Shown one piece after another: positions 57,067-64,000 of a stretch of DNA of 64,000 nucleotides. The position numbers and the translations under genes are program-made. Origin of the DNA: Camelus ferus (taxonomy: Eukaryota); the NCBI RefSeq assembly GCF_009834535.1, contig NC_045696.1:65102001-65166000 (forward strand). The letters are read 5' to 3'. The notes below the pieces were generated by a model that did not search any database, had not been told where the DNA came from, and saw nothing but the letters and a program-made list of their open reading frames with translations. How positions within the stretch are numbered: position 1 is the stretch's first letter; each line of letters begins with the position of its first letter.

Positions 57067-57471
57067 ATAGAAAAGCAGCAGGATGCTACAGAAATGAGAA
57101 ACACACAACTGGAAAGGTGATAACTCATGAATTACAAATAAAGTAAACATGAAATTATAAAAGAAGACATACAAATCACTGAGAGTGGGAGAGGGAGGCA
57201 GGGAAATATAGAATATTTTTTTCTTTCTTTTTAAAATTTTTTTAACAGTAGGATGGGTTTGAGATCATGTTACTATCAGTTTAATAAAGACAGTTATAGT
57301 AATGGGTTGATAGATTTACAAAAAAGGGTAACCACAAGCCAAAAATTTACAAAGGAGTCACAAAAATTAAATAAAATCCATCGATAATACAAAGGAAAAT
57401 TACCAAACCACAAAAGGAAGAAGAAAGGAACAAAGAGGATATACCAATTCAACTGCAAAGATAAGTTCAAA

Positions 57472-60400
57472 ATGGCAATAAACACACATCTATCATTAAT
57501 TACTGTAAATGTTAATGGACTAAATGCTCCAGTCAAAAGACACAGAGTGGCAGACTGGATAATAAAGCAAGAACCTTCAATATGCTGCATACAAGAGACC
57601 CACTTTAGGGAGAAGGACACATATAGATTTAGAGTGAAAGGATGGAAAAGGATATTCCATGCAAATGGAAAAGCCAAAAAAGCAGGTGTTGCAGTACTGA
57701 TTTCAGACAAAATAAACTTTAAAACAAAGGCCATAAAGAAAGGTAAAGAAGGACATTTTATAATGATTAAAGGAGTGATATTAAAGATGAGGATATTACA
57801 CTCGTTAATATATATGCACCCAATATAGGAGCACCTAAGTACATACAAGAATTACTAACAGAGATAAAGGGGGATATTGATGGGAATACAATCATAGTTG
57901 GAGATTTTAACACTGCATTAACATCACTAGACAGATCTTCCAGACAGAAAATAAACAAGGCAACAGAGAAATTAAATACTACAATAGAAAAACTAGATTT
58001 GGTGGATATTTTCAGAGCATTACACCCCCCAAAAATAGGATATACATTCTTTTCAAGTGCACATGGAACATTTTCCAGGATCGATCATGTACTTGGGCAC
58101 AAAAGAAACCTCAACAATTTTAAGAAGATAGAAATTATCTCAAGCATCTTTACTGACCACAATGCCATGAAACTGGAAATCAACAACAGAGAAACAAAGG
58201 AGAAAAAAAGGAAAGCATGGAGATTAAACAATATGTTATTGAAAAAACAATGGATCAATGAGGAAATCAAAGCTGAAATTAAAAAATACCTTGAGACAAA
58301 TGATAATGAAAGCACAACCACTCAAAACCTATGGGACACAGCAAAGGCAGTGCTAAGAGGGAAGTTTATAGCGATACAGGCCTTCCTCAAAAAAGAAGAA
58401 CAATCTCAAATAAACAATTTAACCCACCACCTGAATGAATTAGAAAAAGAAGAACAAAAAGCCCCAAAAAGCAGCAGAAGGAAGGAAATAATAAAGATCA
58501 GAGAGGAATTAAATACAATAGAGATTAACAAGACCATAGAAAAAATCAACCAAACCAAAAGCTGGTTTTTTGAAAAAGTAAATAAAATCGACAGACCTCT
58601 GGCCAAACTCACAAAGAAGAAAAAAGAGAGAGCACAAATTAGCAAAATAAGAAAGGAAAATGGAGAAATTACAACAAACAAAATAGAAATACAGAATATC
58701 AAACGAGAATATTATGAAAAACTATATGGAACCAAACTGGATAACCTAGAGGAGATGGACAAGTTTCTGGAAACATACTGTCCACCAAAACTGAATCAAG
58801 AAGAATCTGAACACTTGAACATTCTGATCACTAGAAAGGAAATAGAAATAGCAATTAAAAACCTCCCTACAAATAAAAGTCCAGGACCGGACGGCTTCAC
58901 CGGGGAATTCTACCAAACATACAAAGAAGAACTCATACCAGTCCTTCTCAAACTCTTCCAGATGATTGAAAAGGAGGGGATACTCCCAAACTCATTCTAT
59001 GAAGCCACCATCACCCTGATACCAAAACCAGGCAAAGACACTACAAAAAAAGAGAATTATAGGCCAATATCACTGATGAACATAGACGCCAAAATCCTCA
59101 CCAAAATTTTAGCAAATAGAATCCAACAACACATAAAAAAGATTATATACATCATGACCAAGTGGGGTTCATCCCAGGGACACAAGGCTGGTTCAACATA
59201 TGCAAATCAATCAGTGTAATACATCACATCAACAAGAGAAAGGACAAAAACCACATGATCATCTCAATCGATGCAGAAAAAGCATTTGATAAAATTCAAC
59301 ACCCATTTATGATAAAAACTCTCACCAAAGTGGGTATAGAGGGAACATATCTCAACATAATAAAAGCTATATATGACAAACCTACAGCCAGCATAGTACT
59401 CAATGGTGAAAAACTCAAAAGCTTCCCACTAAAATCTGGGACAAGACAAGGATGCCCACTATCACCACTCCTATTCAACATAGTCCTGGAAGTCCTAGCC
59501 ACAGCAGTCAGGCAAGAGAAAGAAATAAAAGGGATCCAAATTGGAAAAGAAGAGGTAAAAGTGTCATTATATGCTGATGACATGTTACTATATATAGAAA
59601 ACCCTAAAAGGTCCACACAAAAGCTACTAGAGCTGATTGAAGAATTCAGCAAGGTAGCAGGTTACAAAATTAACGTTCAAAAATCAGTTGCATTTCTTTA
59701 CACTAATGATAAATCAACAGAAGAAGAAAGTAAAGAAACAATCCCCTTTAAAATAGCACCCAAAGTAATAAAATATCTGGGAATAAATCTAACCAAGGAG
59801 GTGAAAGAATTATACACAGGAAACTATAAACCACTGATGAAGGAAATTAAAGAAGACTTTAAAAAATGGAAAGATATTCCCATGCTCTTGGATTGGAAGA
59901 ATCAATATTGTTAAAATGGTCACACTGCCCAAGGCAATCTACAGATTTAATGCAATCCCTATCCAATTACCCAGGACATATTTCACAGAACTAGAAAAAA
60001 TCATAATAAAATTCATATGGAACCATCAAAGACCTAGAATTGCCAAAGCATTACTGAAGAGAAAGAAAGAGGCTGGAGGAATAACTCTCCCAGACTTCAG
60101 ACAATACTATAGAGCTACAGTCATCAAGACAGCATGGTATTGGTACCAAAACAGACATATAGACCAATGGAACAGAATAGAGAGCCCAGAAACGAACCCA
60201 CAAACTTTTGGTCAACTCATCTTTGACAAAGGAGGCAAGAATATACAATGGAATAAAGACAGTCTCTTCAGCAAATGGTGTTGGGAAAACTGGACAGCAG
60301 CATGTAAAACAATGAAGCTAGAACACTCCCTTACACCATATACAAAAATCAACTCAAAATGGATTAAAGACTTAAACATAAGACAAGATACAATAAACCT

Positions 60401-61273
60401 CCTAGAGGAAAACATAGGCAAAACATTATCTGACATACATTTAAAAAATTTTCTCCTAGAAGAAATAAAAGCAAGAATAAACAAATGGGACCTAATGAAA
60501 CTTACAAGCTTCTGCACAGCAAAGGAAACCAGAAATAAAACAAGAAGAAAACCTATGGAATGGGAGAAAATTTTGCAAGTGAAACTGACAAAGGCTTGAT
60601 CTCCAGAATATATAAGCAGCTCATATGACTCAATAAGAAAAAAATAAACAACCCAATCCAAAAATGGGCAGAAGACCTAAACAAGCAATTCTCCAAGGAA
60701 GACATACAAATGATCAAAAAGCACATGAAAAAATGCTCAATATCACTAATTATCAGAGAAATGCAAATCAAAACTACAATGAGGTATCACCTCACACCAG
60801 TCAGAATGGCCGTCATTCAAAAATCCACAAATGACAAATGCTGGAGAGGCTGTGAAGAAAGGGGAACCCTCCTACACTGCTGGTGGGAATGCAGTTTGGT
60901 GCAGCCACTATGGAAAACAGTGTGGAGATTCCTCAAAAGACTAGGAATAGACTTACCATATGACCTAGGAATCCCACTCCTGGGCTTGTATCCAGAAGGA
61001 AATCTACTTCAGGATGACACCTGCACCCCAATGTTCATAGCAGCACTATTTACAATAGCCAAAACATGGAAACAGCCTAAATGTCCATCAACAGGTGACT
61101 GGATAAAGAAGAGGTGGTATATTTATACAATGGAATACTACTCAGCCATAAAAACCGACAACATAATGCCATTTGCAGCAACATGGATGCTCCTGGAGAA
61201 TGTCATTCTAAGTGAAGTAAGCCAGAAAGAGAAAGAAAAATACCATATGAGATTGCTCATATGTGGAATCTAA
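57472..61273 (+). pseudogene. L1 ORF2 (APE endonuclease, reverse transcriptase, Cys-rich domain), disabled
   Basis: Motifs: NVNGLN, CCIQETH, GDFN and TDHN (endonuclease); QGCPLSP and YADD (RT); [18 protein letters not shown]. Frameshifts occur near 57780, 59146, 59880 and 60572, and there is an in-frame TGA at 60626-60628. Confidence 0.95.
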
Positions 61274-61704
61274 AAAACAAAAACAGAAACAAACAAACAA
61301 ACAAAAACAAAGCGTAAATAAAGGACAGAAATAGACTCACAGACAGAGAATACAGACTTGTGGTTATCAGGGGGGTGGAGGATGGGAAGGGATAGACTGG
61401 GATTTCAAAATTGTAGAATAGACTACACTGTACAGCACAGGGAAATATACACAAAATGTTATGATAACTTCATAGAGAAAAAAATGTGACAATGAGTGTG
61501 TATATGTCCATGAATAACTGAAAAATTGTGCTGAACACTGGAATTTGACACAGCATTGTAAAATGATTATAAATCAATAAAAAATGTTAAAAAAAAAGCA
61601 TGTGATAAAAAATTCAAACACATGCAAAAGTAGAGATATTTTAAAATTAACTCCCACATTTTTCTTTTTAATTGAAGGCAAAAAAATTAAATAAACATGG
61701 CAAA

Positions 61705-61721
61705 AAAAATGATCCAGTTTT
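61705..61721 (+). repeat. L1 target-site duplication, 3' copy
   Basis: Identical to 54509-54525 and overlaps the second A-run (61702-61709). Confidence 0.9.
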
Positions 61722-63145
61722 CTCTCTGTAGTTCTGTGTACATATTGTATTCTGCTAGAGATAAAGTCACCTTTCCTCCCTATTCTGAAGGAATTCACTG
61801 TGGAATTTATGTCCTCTTGAGCTCCTGGAAATCCCCACATTAGAAAGGTACCTGGATACCCTCAGTTTCTTGGCTCCTGAAGACTTTAACTGAAGTGGAG
61901 CAACTAGAAGTTCTCGCTAGAGGTGCACAGAAGAGGCAGCTTTAATCAAGGAGAGTGACTTGGAGCACAGGCAGATATAATCCACTTTCCCTGTGTCAGT
62001 CTTTCTTAGGAGTGTCGCTCAGAAGTTCGGCTCTGCTTACGTCATTTGAGGGGTTGAAGACACACACTCACTTCCTCAGCATGGATGCTGTACAAACTAC
62101 CAAAATGAAGATTTTGGTTTTACTTTCCATTTTTCTGGTGTCTAAAATTCCAGAATTCAAGCCAGAGAGCAGAGATGTGACAGTTGCTTCACTTAATTAC
62201 AGAAGCTGATCATGTAGCCTACTTTCTGTCTGTTTCCTAGTCCTTTTCATGAACTGGCAGATAATCTCATAATTATGCAGACAGTTCTGGTACTGCACAT
62301 ACAACTGGCACACCGTGCTTCAGCAGTTCCACAGTCATTTATTATCAAGATTAGAGATTGCCAGGAAAATCACATTTTAGCTAATTTTACTTTGCGGATT
62401 CAGTAGGGAGGGGAGGAGGACACAGAACAAGGCAAATTATATTTTTAAAACTCTTGTGCTTTCCATTATTGAGGTAATAGTGAGGAATGTATTGCATGAG
62501 GAAGGAATATAGCATTTAAACATTTTTTAGCAAAAACATACATAATTAAGCCTGAAGTTTACTTATGGTTGGATAAAAGGCAAGTGGCTTTTTTCCAGCT
62601 AGTCTCCATGAGACTACACAATGGTGTGCACAGTGTAATATAATGGAACATGGGTACTAATATTAATATAACAAAGTAAGTGTGATCCTATTAAAACTTG
62701 GTTTTAACATTGCTATGGTAAAAACACAATGTCTTCTACTGTCTTCTTCAGCCAAGCACCAAATGAGTTTGCTCTCAGATTTCAAATTCCTCCACCCAGG
62801 AAGGGCTGAAAGCTGAGTAAATGTAATTAAATATCTAAATATTTTGGCGGGACATAACACTGCTGAGATATTTCTTAGAGCAAAACTGGTAGTGAGATGC
62901 AGGTGGAAGAGCCCTAAACCTGGACCTAAATTCGCTGGGTTCAAGTTTTGGATCCCATAGTTAAGAACTGCAACGTTAGCCAAGAATTAATTTCTATGAA
63001 TATTTGGTTCATTTTCTTGAACACAGGGATATTAATTCGGTCTTACAGTGCTACATTAATACACTAGATCAAAACCACTTTGCCAGCTGAAATGCACTGC
63101 ATGATTGTGCGTTATTACAGCACATAAGTAGTATGTGTGCGTAGG

Positions 63146-63835
63146 TTGATCAAGAAAAATTGCACCGGATACTGGTTAAAATGGCAAGAAAGACTTTATT
63201 TGAGACTATTGAAGTAGGGGTCAAGGTTATGGCAATGGGGGAGAGAGACTGAACTCAATTTCACTGAAACAAAAGGCAAGAGGATTTTTAAATGCTGGGG
63301 TGCATTAATGGAAAAGTACCGGAGGACTTCAGAGGGGAGATTGGTCAATGTGATTAGGCTATCTGTGTTTGCTAATTGCTGCTTATTGAAGTTAGGTTTC
63401 TATCTTCCCCACAGAGACTGGCAGACCAAGGTCCTAGCTTTCTTGAAGATTATATCTAGAAGGGAAGAGAGCAGAAAATTTCCATCTTAAAGAGGCAGAG
63501 AAAGACATTACAATGGTAAGTTTTCAAAAGGCACTAACCACTGCATTAAAATAGATAAACAACAGGATCCTACTGTAGAGCACAGGGAACTACATTCAAT
63601 ATCTTATAATAGCTTATGATGAAAAAGGATATGAAAAGGAATATATATATATAAATCTGAATCAGTATGCTGTAAAGCAGAAATTAACCCAACATTGTAA
63701 ACTGACTATACTTCAACTAAAAAAAAAAACAAACTAAATGCTCTAAGAAAAAGGAGGTTAGGGGTCTATAGTCAGGAAGAAGCTTGCCTAAAGTTTAGTC
63801 ACACTGAGGGGAACTTGAAGGATGCCTTGGTCAAT
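63146..63835 (-). mobile_element. ERV1-type solo LTR containing a nested L1 tail
   Basis: gttgatcaagaaaaa...gactttatt...ccttggtcaa. Interrupted by the L1 tail at ~63535-63730. Confidence 0.6.
63535..63730 (+). mobile_element. L1 3'-end fragment with A-tail
   Basis: aaaatagataaacaacaggatcctactgtagagcacagggaactac...gtaaactgactatacttcaactaaaaaaaaaaa. Confidence 0.85.
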
Positions 63836-64000
63836 GGGTGCCAAAATCCGGTAATTCCATAGGCAAAACCAAACGGCCTAATCAGCAGTCACAGATCTGC
63901 CTTTCATTCCTTGTTTCTGTTCACTGCTGACTGACATTCAGCCATCATCAGTTACATCCTGAAATTTATTTCTTAGTGTTGAAGGTGTAAATGCACACTC

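Larger units (their letters stand above)
54526..61597 (+). mobile_element. Full-length young LINE-1 (5' UTR, ORF1, spacer, disrupted ORF2, 3' UTR, A-tail)
   Basis: Starts directly after the 5' TSD copy with gagagacggagaagatggc (YY1-type motif). Has a GC/CpG-rich 5' UTR, ORF1 and ORF2 homology, AATAAA at 61576-61581 and an A-run at 61589-61597. Confidence 0.97.

Noticed and set aside
56265..60771. Several minus-strand ORFs of 60-184 aa
   Set aside because: These are antisense shadows of the A-rich L1 coding strand, with no independent protein signal.

Overview
This is mammalian genomic DNA. It is most likely camelid, inferred from tRNA-derived SINEs resembling the camelid vic-1 type and the absence of Alu or Bov-A/Bov-tA elements. 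The + strand carries the 3' end of FGF12: the penultimate coding exon (7126-7324), a 16.3-kb intron, the last coding exon (23624-23742) and a probable ~4.5-kb repeat-free 3' UTR. The rest is repeat-rich intergenic DNA (old L1/L2/MIR fragments, MER DNA transposons, solo LTRs, SINEs). It includes a young full-length L1 starting at 54526, with an intact ORF1 and an ORF2 disabled by four frameshifts and one nonsense codon. I found no convincing new gene system. The most notable structures are: (1) a ~104-bp 3' transduction inside the L1's 17-bp target-site duplication; (2) a 121-bp templated copy of an LTR-flank junction inserted into a DNA transposon 3.8 kb upstream of its source; (3) an old twin-priming L1 inversion; (4) a YADD rather than FADD reverse transcriptase motif. 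Repeat family names and boundaries were assigned by eye and are approximate.
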